A stretch of DNA of 37,731 nucleotides, from assembly GCF_001194135.2 (NCBI RefSeq), contig NC_068988.1, forward strand, positions 25,265,740 to 25,303,470, given 5' to 3'. Below, piece by piece: positions 26,624 to 37,731 of this stretch. Below the pieces are notes generated by a model that was not told where the DNA came from, searched no databases, and saw only the letters and a program-made list of their open reading frames with translations. The position numbers and the translations under genes are program-made. The DNA is from Octopus bimaculoides. Taxonomy: Eukaryota. Positions within the stretch are counted from its first letter, which is position 1. The number at the start of each line of letters is the position of its first letter.

Positions 26624-27318
26624 GTGTGTGTGTGAGTCCGTGTGCGTGGTGTGTCGGCGGGTGTGTGGGTGTGTGAGTGATAGAATAGCGCAAATATAAT
26701 AACAGAAATGAAATTAAATGTTTCGGATTAAAATTTCCATTCATAGATACAAATCTATAAATATATGAAGAACTTGATACAAGTTGGCAAAATATTATAT
26801 ATGAATATATGAGTCTGCGTGAATATGTATGCGCATGCTTATATATCAGTGTATGTATTTATGGGTGTATCATGAAAAATGAGTAGGAAAACTGAAGCAG
26901 TAGGTTGACGTCATTCAGCTATGTGAGGACAAAAAAATATTTGCCTTACTCTGCTCGGATTCTTTAATATCAACATTGTTTAAATTGTTTTTATTGAAAT
27001 AAATCAAATAGGAATATTTAATAATCACACATATTCCCAAACGACGCACATACGCACAAAGCTTGAAGCACATAATCACTGACATAAAAGCATACAAACA
27101 AGGTGTTATGTATGTACTTATGATATACACTATGTATATGTTTGCATATATATATACGTGTGTATGTGTGTAATGAGTGTGCTTGTGTATGGGCGCATAC
27201 GCATGTGTGAGTGTGTTTCTGTGGGCGTGTCCATGTATGGATGTTTGATATAAATGTATGCATGTAAGTAGGTATTGATGTATTGTGCGTCTGTGATGTG
27301 ATAAAAGGTATTCCTCAC

Positions 27319-27419
27319 AACCTCAAAGTTCCGTGTTCAGTCCCACTGGGTAAGTATCTTCTACTCTTGCCCCGGGATGACCAAAGACTTGTGATTTGGT
27401 ACACGTAAAGAAGTCCATC

Positions 27420-27455
<36 letters not shown>
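27319..27455 (+). mobile_element. SINE family A fragment (head/middle) running into (TA)n and a gap
   Basis: gttccgtgttcagtcccactgggtaagtatcttctact...gaccaaagacttgtgatttggtac...aaagaagtccatcg(TA)n. Confidence 0.65.
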
Positions 27456-27664
27456 NNNNNNNNNNNNNNNNNNNNNNNNNNNNNNNNNNNNNNNNNNNNN
27501 NNNNNNNNNNNNNNNNNNNNNNNNNNNNNNNNNNNNNNNNNNNNNNNNNNNNNNNNNNNNNNNNNNNNNNNNNNNNNNNNNNNNNNNNNNNNNNNNNNNN
27601 NNNNNNNNNNNNNNNNNNNNNNNNNNNNNNNNNNNNNNNNNNNNNNNNNNNNNNNNNNNNNAAA

Positions 27665-27780
27665 AAAAAAAAAAATCACAAAAAAAATAATAAATGGCAT
27701 AATGGATCTTGAATATTGGGCTCGACTTAAACAGCTGAAGCTCTATTCTCTGCAACGCCGCCGTGAGCGATTCATCGTTT
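27665..27780 (+). mobile_element. CR1/L2-like LINE fragment, post-RT C-terminal region
   Basis: TKKIINGIMDLEYWARLKQLKLYSLQRRRERFI contains the Y.ERL..L.LYSL.RRR.R motif typical of CR1/L2 ORF2. The left side is an assembly gap. Confidence 0.75.
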
Positions 27781-28418
27781 GAACCACATGTTCCTCACTC
27801 CGACAAAGAGCCGTGTTCCAAACGTCATTTCTACTCTTACATTTGTATCTGAAATCTCACTGATCGTCGGTCTAATACATTCCCTGAGTAATGCCAATTC
27901 CGTTTTCTTGATCTTCCCTGTGTTTTCTTTCTTGGAATTGCTTATAGATGCATACATATAAATTGACCAGCATTATTTTAATGACCTAGCAGAAGTAAGA
28001 GGCTGTTAATGTTCACTGGAATTTTTTTCCTACTAGGCCTGTAGTAGATTTGTAACTATTCTGTGGCACAGAAGTATTTTTGACTTCTATTTCTAGCGAT
28101 GTGGGGGCTCATGTGGTTCCCTCGTGTGTGCATATATTGTATGTATATATTTTATTAATTTCCCTGTAAGGCTGATAATTCGCTTGTCACTTGTGATGAT
28201 ATTCTCGTAATATCATCCCCCTTATATATATAAACCAGAGAAGGCACAGATATGTGACAGAAGGTGGAGAAAAATAGCACCCGAATACCGGAAGTAGAGT
28301 AATGTACTTTATTATGAAAGCTGCAAAAACATCACAAAAAACTGTTACTCAGAATTTCACTTTTCCGTTCGTCGGAGAAAGTGAGACTAAGTAAAAGTTG
28401 TTTTGTGCAGCTCCAATG

Positions 28419-28466
<48 letters not shown>

Positions 28467-28608
28467 TATATATATATAATGTATACACACACATATATAA
28501 ATTCCAAAATACATACATAAACACACGCGCGTGCATATATTTATATATAATAAATATAAATTTAGTTGTATAAATAAATCGCATATGTATTCAATTGACA
28601 TTGCTTAC

Positions 28609-28693
28609 CTGAAGAAAAACACCGCTCCGACTGTTGTTCTGTGGCCATCTAAATACCCATTCCATAAAGGGCCTGGAAGACCGCAGTTTTTTT
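28609..28693 (-). CDS. lev-9: Internal coding exon (85 nt, phase 1 to phase 2): first half of a Sushi/CCP domain of a LEV-9/Hasp-like protein
   Basis: Minus strand ttttctttcgagttacag|AA AAA AAC TGC GGT CTT CCA...TTC TTC AG|gtaagc. Translates xKNCGLPGPLWNGYLDGHRTTVGAVFFF(R), with the CCP C-x-x-P...NG pattern. Joins the 24155 exon in frame (AG+A = Arg). Family name from recalled similarity to Drosophila Hasp. Confidence 0.88.
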
Positions 28694-30504
28694 CTGTAAC
28701 TCGAAAGAAAATATATCATAATGTAAACTTGTTTAACATTCTGAATTCATTCCATGTATTGAAAGCTGGTAACATTTTCTTTCCATTTCTATTAATGCAG
28801 AGTTGTATTTGTACATAAAATGTAAACATACGGTGCAAGAGACAAAGGTTCATAACTTAAGGATCTATCTATAAATATATTACGTATTTAAAGATATGAA
28901 ACAATACGTTATGTAATTCTGTAATTCTGAAACATACGACATATTTTAATGTTCCTTCTGACAATCTTAATTCGCAGAAGAATAATAAAAATTGTGTAGT
29001 TTAGCCTGCGAATTTACCATGAATAAAGTCATATTAATATTTGCAAATATAACGTTAAATTTCATGCTTACATAATTATGTTGAGAACAGTGTGACCTCT
29101 AAAATATATACCAAGTACATAAATAGTGGACAATATTCATAAGAGTCTATTATTTCGTCAGAAATGTGTATTGCTTTAAGAAAGTTTTACTGCTTTAAAA
29201 AAATCAATCATACGAATGAAATATGCATCTTTGGCATTATTTCGATCAAAATGCAATTATCTGTTGATTGTGATGATAGATATCAAATACGATGAGAATG
29301 ACAAACTTACATGATGATGATGTAGACTAGGAGAAAGAAAGAGGAAAGAAATAGATAAAGATCATGGGTTTGGAAATAATTTTTACTGTAAATGCGAAAT
29401 TATTTTATACATGTTTGATTTGAAGTTTGCAATTCAAAATGTGTCGTCGTTATAAACTTCACGTTTAGGTGAGGTTCTGGATATCTTATTAAAAAGGAAA
29501 GATATATTTCCATAATCGTTTTCTTTTGTTTTTGATGTTAATTTATTTTTAACGGATTCAAAATAAATATATTTTTTTCTAATGTTTAATAAATCAAATA
29601 CAATATTGATATTTGTTTTATAATGATTATTGAAAAATAATAACCTTCAGCTAAATAGTGATATTAGAATTATTTTTTTAAATATCTTCTTTTATAATCA
29701 ATATTTAATATAATATAATGTGTGAGCATATATTTGTACGTATTGAATAAGAAACAAAACGTAAATTCGAAAAGATTTATGAAAGAAAAAAATGGTTAAA
29801 GGAAATATTTTAGTTTAAATATTAAGATGAATGGGTGTATAAGGAAATTGATTGGAAATGAAGTTGTTTATCAACAAACATTTCCAGTAAATGTAGCTTT
29901 TTGTAGCATGGCAAGCTCTCGGTAACCTTTCAACTTTAGCAGATACTATGAAACCTATGCTGGAAATGAAGGAACAGGGAGAACAGAAGCAAGTGGGGAG
30001 AAATACTAGAGACAAGAGAACCAGTTGATTGATGACAAAATAATTCTGATAGTAGTATTAGTAGTAGTAGAAGTAGAGAGAGAGAGAGAAATAGAAAAAG
30101 GAGGAATCTCCTAGAAATACACTTTAAATGCTGCAAGAAAAATAGCAAAGAAATAAATCTGATGAAACTAGAATCTGAACAAATTGAGGCGAGATATATT
30201 AAAAAGCAATGCTTGAAGGGAAACTTGTGAAATATTATTTCTCGTACTCTTTTGTTCATTAGATCTTTCAAAATAAGTTTTGACGGCTATAGCAATACTA
30301 GGTCACTTCCCTTTAGTTGATTTATTGATTTCGCTTTAGTTCATAGTTTATTTAAAGCAATGAATTGACAGAAATTGTAACAAACAAAATGTTTTGCAGC
30401 ATTGCTTCCGTCTATTTAACATTGAGCTCCTGTCCTGGCAACATGAGCTTTATCTAACTCTCTCTCTCTCTCACCCTCTCTCTTTCTCTCTCTGTATATA
30501 TTCT

Positions 30505-30780
30505 TTTATTTGTTTCAGTCATTTGACTTGGCCGTGCTGGGGCACCGCCTTTAGTCGAACAAAGCAACTCTAGGATTTAATCTTTGTAGGTCAAGTACAT
30601 ATTCTACCGGTCTCTTTGCCAAACCGCTAAGTTACGGGGACGTAAATATGCCAACATCGGTTCTCAAGTTATATATATATATATGTATATAAATATACAT
30701 ATATATATATATATATAACGGGCTTTTTTCAGTTTCCGTCTACCAAATCCTCTCACAATTGCGTTTGACGGCCTATAATT
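30505..30780 (-). mobile_element. SINE family A (internal TA/CA microsatellite), head missing
   Basis: tttgtttcagtcatttgact...gctggggcaccgcc...ccgctaagttacggggacgtaaa...(TA)n...cagtttccgtctaccaaatcc. The right part is the reverse complement of the 27319-27425 segment. Confidence 0.7.
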
Positions 30781-30784
30781 GGCA

Positions 30785-30980
30785 AGTCGGACAAAATGCT
30801 TAGGGGCAGTTCTTCCGGAATTACGTTCTAACTTCAAATTCTACCACGGTTGATTTTACTTTTAATCCTTTCAGGGACCCACGAAACAAAGTACCAGTCG
30901 AGCAGTTGCATCAACGGAGTCCACTGCTTCCCTCTTTCTCCTCAGATTTCAGGCTTTGTGTCGAAATGAGAAAGAATTAT
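30785..30980 (+). mobile_element. Diverged, 5'-truncated SINE family B copy
   Basis: cggacaaaatgcttagg...ttacgttctaacttcaaattc...cctttcaggg...aaagtaccagt...atttcaggctttgtgtc...gaaagaattatt is collinear with the reverse complement of 22910-23102. Confidence 0.7.
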
Positions 30981-31004
30981 TGTGTTGGTGAACATGTGCA
31001 GTAA

Positions 31005-31042
<38 letters not shown>

Positions 31043-31065
31043 CGCTGCTGCTGCTGCTGCTGTTG
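31005..31065. repeat. (ACT)n(GCT)n microsatellite
   Basis: Direct reading. Confidence 0.93.
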
Positions 31066-31409
31066 CTATTGCAGCCGCTGCAGCCTAATAACGCATCTAA
31101 AGATACTTCTGGTTCATTCTGAACTACTACTATGAAATTGAGGATTACTAAAGCTAACTACATGAGGTTAAGCCTAATCATATTACCAGCCCAGCAACAT
31201 TCACTGCCTCTGACTATACGACTTTTGGAATACTTTAGAAAATATATCTTGTGATTATTAGATATGAAACTTTCGCTAAGTTTCGTCGCTCAAATACGAA
31301 AATTTCCCCAACAGGCATTTTTTTTTTTTTTGGTAATATTATGAAAAACAGCCTAAAGCTGGAAGAATGTTTAGAGCGTCGAAAACAAATACAGTACGAA
31401 ATTTGTTCT

Positions 31410-31552
31410 CTACCTGTACATTCTGAGTTCAAATCCTGCCGAGATCAGCTTTGCCATTGATCTTTGATGAGTCCATAAGATAGGGAACCACTCAAAGGCT
31501 GGAGTCGAAAACATTGACTATTCTCCTCGCCTCGAAACTGTTCGCCTTGTGC
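31410..31552 (+). mobile_element. Diverged SINE family B fragment
   Basis: cattctgagttcaaatcctgccgagatcagctttgcc...ccttgtgcctaaa matches the family B B-box and 3' end. Confidence 0.55.
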
Positions 31553-31788
31553 CTAAACCCCAAGCCATTACACTAGTAAGAAATCCATGTGTACCTTGTA
31601 TACTAATCAGACGGAAACATTTATAAAGGTACCAAGGTACATATTACTGATTATTTATCTAAAACCTGTAACAGTGACCATTGTGACTGACAGCGAAACT
31701 CGTGGAATATCAGCTACCTGTTGAACAGACTATAAAATTGATAGCTGTCTAAATTATCATATATCTTCCAGAACACTCATATACAAAT

Positions 31789-31827
<39 letters not shown>

Positions 31828-32086
31828 NNNNNNNNNNNNNNNNNNNNNNNNNNNNNNNNNNNNNNNNNNNNNNNNNNNNNNNNNNNNNNNNNNNNNNNNN
31901 NNNNNNNNNNNNNNNNNNNNNNNNNNNNNNNNNNNNNNNNNNNNNNNNNNNNNNNNNNNNNNNNNNNNNNNNNNNNNNNNNNNNNNNNNNNNNNNNNNNN
32001 NNNNNNNNNNNNNNNNNNNNNNNNNNNNNNNNNNNNNNNNNNNNNNNNNNNNNNNNNNNNNNNNNNNNNNNNNNNNNNNNNNNNNN

Positions 32087-32149
<63 letters not shown>

Positions 32150-32160
32150 CATACATACAT
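32087..32160. repeat. (ATAG)n tetranucleotide repeat next to a gap
   Basis: Direct reading. Confidence 0.95.
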
Positions 32161-34550
32161 AAATAAATATATAGATATATGTCTCTGTGTGTGTATATAT
32201 ATGTGTCTGTGTATGTATGAGTGTATGTATGAGCACGAATAGTTTGCTAATGCTTTTACAGTTATTGTAATTGTGTTATTAATATTTTCTCTTTAATGGA
32301 GTCTCTAACCAGTTGTTTGTTTCACATAATTGATTAATAGCCACTAAACGGTTTCTCTTATTGAATTTGCTGAGACCGATAAAATAGAATATAAAATCAA
32401 CAACTGTTCATATCACATGTTTAATAAACATATATGCAATCAAATGCCCTTGCTCCAGATGAATATTCTAATTTCCTGTGTATATAATGGTTTACATAGT
32501 CAATTTTATGAACAACCTTTATAAACCTATCAGAAAAATACGCAAGTGTTCTTTAGTAGAGCGTGCATATAAAAATATGCATCAAACTTATAACACAGGT
32601 TTTCTTTTGCTTTTACGTAAATTATCATCAACGACGTTTTGTGTTATTACACCAAGCAGACTGATAACTGAACTAGACGATTGCGGTTACTCTTCTCTCT
32701 TATGAAGCAAAATATTTATATTTGAATATGAACTACAATATATAAGCACACGCACGTGTACACGCACATACATACATATACACAAACACGTGTGTTTGTG
32801 TGTGTGCCTGCGTGTATGTGCATTATAAAAGAAACAGATTTGGATCGCGATCAATACGACAAATACAGAACTGTAATTGAAGCCATTCGTTTATTCTTTA
32901 GTTCCTACGTATCTTTGTATCGAAATCTGTCTCAATGCCATTGACCGCGGAATCAATACCGCAGCTGTTATTATATTTGGACAATTCTTTTTATAACTTT
33001 TGTTGTTATCATTTTATCGCATATTTAGTTGAACTTTAATTTTTGCACGTTGATAATTCAGTCTGCTACAAACCTAGTTTCAAGTAAATCAATAATGAAG
33101 TGTCATAATTCTGTTACCTTTCATGTATTACTAATTATTTCATAAGAACAGTTAGAAACGTAACGTGGACACGTAAAACAATATAAATTGCTTCTAATTA
33201 ACAAAAGGTAAAAATGAGAATACATATCGTAAACAAAGGAAACAAGTATTTCTCTTTGTATTTGCATGTATTTGGGTCTTTATTTTACTGGCTTCAGTCA
33301 CTGGAATGTATCCATGCTGGAGAGCTAGAATCAAAAGCTTACGTTAATTGCAATGACCCTAAGAATTAGTCTTTCGTATAGAGATATATAGACTTATTCT
33401 TGAATATTTTAACTACTAGTGCAACGACTACTACTGCCACAATTAATAAAGAAAAAAAATTATGCTATTTTCCCCGATCACAACTCGTAAGTTTCTTCTT
33501 TAAACCATTAGTGCTCAATTATTTTTATTTGATTTATTAGCAAAAATATTTTTATGCAACTTTATCTGATACTTAATACATAAAACAAATTCTATTACAT
33601 ATTTTAAAGACACTCCAGTTCTGAACACTAACTAATAATATTTCAGAAAATTACAGGTGTTGCAGAAATATGATAGACTATCCTTCTAGTCCTTAAAAAA
33701 GGACCATGGGCGCTAATGGGTTAAGCAAATAAGCTCAAATTTTTGGTTATCTTACTTGAAACTTTCCTTCCTTTCTCGTTCAGCCAACTTTTCTCGAGGC
33801 CGATGTGACCACCCAGCTCACCACGTCTTCCCCCATCCTCCGTACACTCACGCATGGTGAAGCACACATGCTCTCCTACCTCTACTTCCTCTTCTCCCTT
33901 TTCCCTTTTCTTCTTCCTTTTCAATGCATCTTTTGCGTACCTTATTTGCTCATGCACGTGACACTCACCACCACTACCTCTACCACATGAAAACGTCCAG
34001 AAATTGAATCACAAACGTCGAGTCATCGGCGACTAAACCATCAACCCTGCAGAACTTACTTTGTGAGGAAGGTTTATTTATTCCTATTTAGCTACATTGC
34101 AGGATGAAAAACAAGACCTGTCTAAGACCGATGAACTCTGAGGGGTCAAAGGCTATCCAAATAGTATTTCTTCAATAGTTGTACTACCGACGAAGCCATT
34201 ACAACAGTAATGGTGATGATGATTTTGCCAGATTTCCGCCTTAAAAGAAATAATAATATTCTAAGCATCATGAGGAGACGATTTGTTAATTAGTAGAAAT
34301 AACCTTAGTAAATAATCATTAAGCATTCCAGAGTAATTTCTGAGATGGATACAAAAACGATTTAAATATAAATATTCAAACTGAGCTCAAAATCAATTCC
34401 TTTCTGAAAACAATCTACGTTTCTCTCTCTGTATGTAAGAATAAATAAACTACGGGAAAAATGGAAAGTACATTACGGTATTTGTAATAAGAAATTCTTG
34501 GTTGCTAACAAGAAATATAAGTAAATATTTGTAAATTGTTCTCCCTTCCC

Positions 34551-34551
34551 C

Positions 34552-34606
<55 letters not shown>
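34551..34606. repeat. (CTAT)n tetranucleotide repeat
   Basis: Direct reading. Confidence 0.95.
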
Positions 34607-36899
34607 CCTGTGTGTGTGTTCTCTTATTTGTGAATCATCATATATTGTTCCACATATAGTGTAATTTCACCATACAAAAATATGTAATACACACACACAC
34701 ACACATAAGATACACACTAGTAGATGTATGTATGTATGTAAACCTACGGAAATGTCTATTCTAGGCGTATGGTAAAAAAAAAAAAAAGCTGTAATTGCCA
34801 TTTATTTTATTGAAAAATTTTCGTTTGAATAACAGAAAAAAGAAAGCAATCTTTAGATCTATTGTCGGTAATATCTGATCCGTTGGCAGGCATCACGTTT
34901 TATTGTTTAACTTCTAATTTATACACACACACATATATATGTAAAGTGTNNNNNNNNNNNNNNNNNNNNNNNNNNNNNNNNNNNNNNNNNNNNNNNNNNN
35001 NNNNNNNNNNNNNNNNNNNNNNNNNNNNNNNNNNNNNNNNNNNNNNNNNNNNNNNNNNNNNNNNNNNNNNNNNNNNNNNNNNNNNNNNNNNNNNNNNNNN
35101 NNNNNNNNNNNNNNNNNNNNNNNNNNNNNNNNNNNNNNNNNNNNNNNNNNNNNNNNNNNNNNNNNNNNNNNNNNNNNNNNNNNNNNNNNNNNNNNNNNNN
35201 NNNNNNNNNNNNNNNNNNNNNNNGTGTGTGTGTGTTTGTGCGTATACACGAACCGATAAATACATATACACACATATAACTATATATATCTTTGTCATTC
35301 ATAGACATGTGTGTGTGTGTGAAAATATAAGATAAAGTAAAATGTTTGATATTTAATATTTTTGTAGACTACAATCAACTATTTATTATAAACTCGTTGC
35401 ATCGATATGAAAAGCAGAAATGGAATACATAAAAATAAACAGAGAGTTAGAGTGAAGGTTAAAACGGCCTTATAGTCAAGATAATTTTTTATTTCTATAG
35501 TTTATTATGAAAATCACAACAGCGTCTATGTAATAAACCAGTGTTCTAGACATTGCTGTCAATTGTTAAACAAATGACTTCTTCCTGTTTCCTATTTGGA
35601 AAATATTACATTCACTTATGTATTCTTGTGTAAGATATTTTCTAAATAAAATATAGAAAGGTGCAACTGATGACGGCGAACATTGGCTAAATAACAACAG
35701 CTCATAGACCGAAGTTGAGCAAACGTCTGTGTGATGTGGTCTGCAAGGTATGTATTACATCATAGTTCTATCTATGGTGATGTGTGCAAAACAAAATTTA
35801 ATGCTTCATCGTGTCTTCGGCAATTTTCAAATACGTAAGATATAATAAAGTGAGGATGGCAAAAATCCGTTTTGACGGAGCTATTTTCCAGCACGAAATT
35901 CTATGTAACGGCATGCATTTGTTCTTACTCATCTATAAATATTCTACAACACACACACATACACACAATCAGACAGACAGACAGTCACACACACACACAC
36001 GCATATGTATATATATGACGTAATACACATATAAAGACAGGCATATAATCATGCGTATGAGCAAGATACAGGTGGCAGTTTTATTGTTACAATATATATT
36101 TCGCTATTTTTTTTTCCTTTAAGGTGTTAACGTTTATTTACATCTTGACACTAGTCGTATGCTGGGGGTATACTACGCATTGAATGCGGATATCCAATAT
36201 ACGTATGCATGGACCTAATCAACTAGAGACGTATCAGAATGCTCGCAGGTAATTGTTGCTGCTATATTAAAAATTTAAACTATGTAATTATATAATTTGT
36301 AGTGAGAGAAGCATTATTTAATACCAAAAAGCAAGCTGTATTATCAACGTAACGGGAACGTTGTGTTTGAGTACCGAATACTATGTTATTCACCATGAGA
36401 TCAGCTCACTTGGACGCATATATGAAAGCACCCGCTGGCACTCTGCGACATCATTGCCTGAAAAGACAGCGCAATTTTATGTATTGTAGACAGTGTGGTT
36501 TAGCTGTTATGTCGCTATGTTTAGCTGTTATGAAAAGCTCGGACGGTGTAAAAAAAATCACGTGATCTACCAATTCAATGGCGCGTAAGAGAAAATTCTC
36601 GTCTACCAACGATATACATATGAATACTTTTATGTAGCATGCTTGCATCTGAAAGGTCATCGCAGGCTAAATAACTTAGTATTGGATGTACTAACACAGC
36701 ATTCGGTGTTCTAACATTTAGTTGGATATAAAAATTGCCTTTTGATATAACTATAACTCGTTTCAGTTTAAAAGTCGGTACACACCCAGCTGAATAGTTT
36801 ACATTGTCTTCGAGAATATATATTATTCTGTTAGGAAAAAAATATTCACGTTGCATCAAATATTTTAATAAATCTCAGAATTTCACTGTTAAGCAATGT

Positions 36900-36901
36900 T
36901 G

Positions 36902-36984
<83 letters not shown>

Positions 36985-37033
36985 GGTAGTGGGTGGTGCT
37001 GGGTGGTGCTGGGTGGTGGGAGTAGTAGTACTT

Positions 37034-37083
<50 letters not shown>

Positions 37084-37140
37084 TGTAGTAGTAGTAGTAG
37101 AAGTAGTAGTAGTAGTAGTTGTAGCAGTAGTATTAGTTGT
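36900..37140. repeat. (GTA)n with an internal (GGT)n block
   Basis: Direct reading. Confidence 0.96.
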
Positions 37141-37731
37141 TGTTTTTTAGATTTCATGCCATATGACATACTTCGCAAATATGTGTTCCAGCTCTATACA
37201 TCGTAATATTTTCGATATTATCCTACTCTGCCTGGTGCTTAGATTCATAATCCATATTATGAATAGAACATCACTATCAGTATTATTATATCATCAGCCG
37301 TAGAAATATAATTTATGACATTTATAAAGATTGCAAAACTGTGTTTCTAGTTATTAAAATAGTAATTCGTGTTATTCCTTTATATGATAAACAAAATTAT
37401 AAAATCACAAATATAATATCAATCATTGACATCCTCTTCTTTCTTCAGTTCCGCTTCCTACCCTTCTTCTTTTTCATCATCATCATCATCGTTTCATCGT
37501 CGTCCTCATCTTCATTATGAGCAACAAAAAAGCAACGTTATTATCATTATTATTATTATCAACAACAATATTGTCATCATAACCATCATCAAGATTATCT
37601 TTACTATTATGAATTGATTGAGAAATACTGAAACCGAAATATTTTCAAAATATAATTGAATCAACATGAAGGAAAATGTCTAACAATATAAAAAGAGAAA
37701 AATAAAACCAATATATATATATATATATATA

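Noticed and set aside
36124-36248. Plus-strand segment with a strong acceptor and donor (antisense exon?)
   Set aside because: Stops in all three frames and no partner exons; indistinguishable from chance without RNA data.
36409-36457. Possible phase 1-1 minus-strand exon GNDVAECQRVLSYMRP
   Set aside because: Splice signals are plausible, but it lacks the W and P-x-C end expected of the preceding CCP domain.

Overview
AT-rich, microsatellite-dense eukaryotic DNA with nine N-gaps. The repeat landscape suggests an octopus/coleoid cephalopod short-read assembly (inference). The window is mostly intron of a minus-strand gene. Three coding exons (28609-28693, 24064-24155, 21481-21657) splice in frame into two complete Sushi/CCP domains resembling the LEV-9/Hasp family of cholinergic-synapse scaffolds; the first domain is split by a phase-2 intron. 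The ORF track shows only the last exon clearly. The introns hold a decayed Helitron (PIF1 helicase plus 3' hairpin-CTAG end) with a nested R4/Dong-type LINE 3' end in a (TAA)n tract, older LINE relics, three SINE families (two copies with target-site duplications), two TA-flanked MITEs and a fold-back duplication of a Penelope-type hammerhead-ribozyme-like motif. I found no rRNA, true tRNA gene or CRISPR array. Most long ORFs in the track are microsatellite or gap artefacts. Family assignments rest on motif recognition from memory, not database searches. I see no firm evidence for a wholly new system; the best leads are the ribozyme-like fold-back, the hidden lev-9-like gene and the Helitron-microsatellite-LINE nesting.
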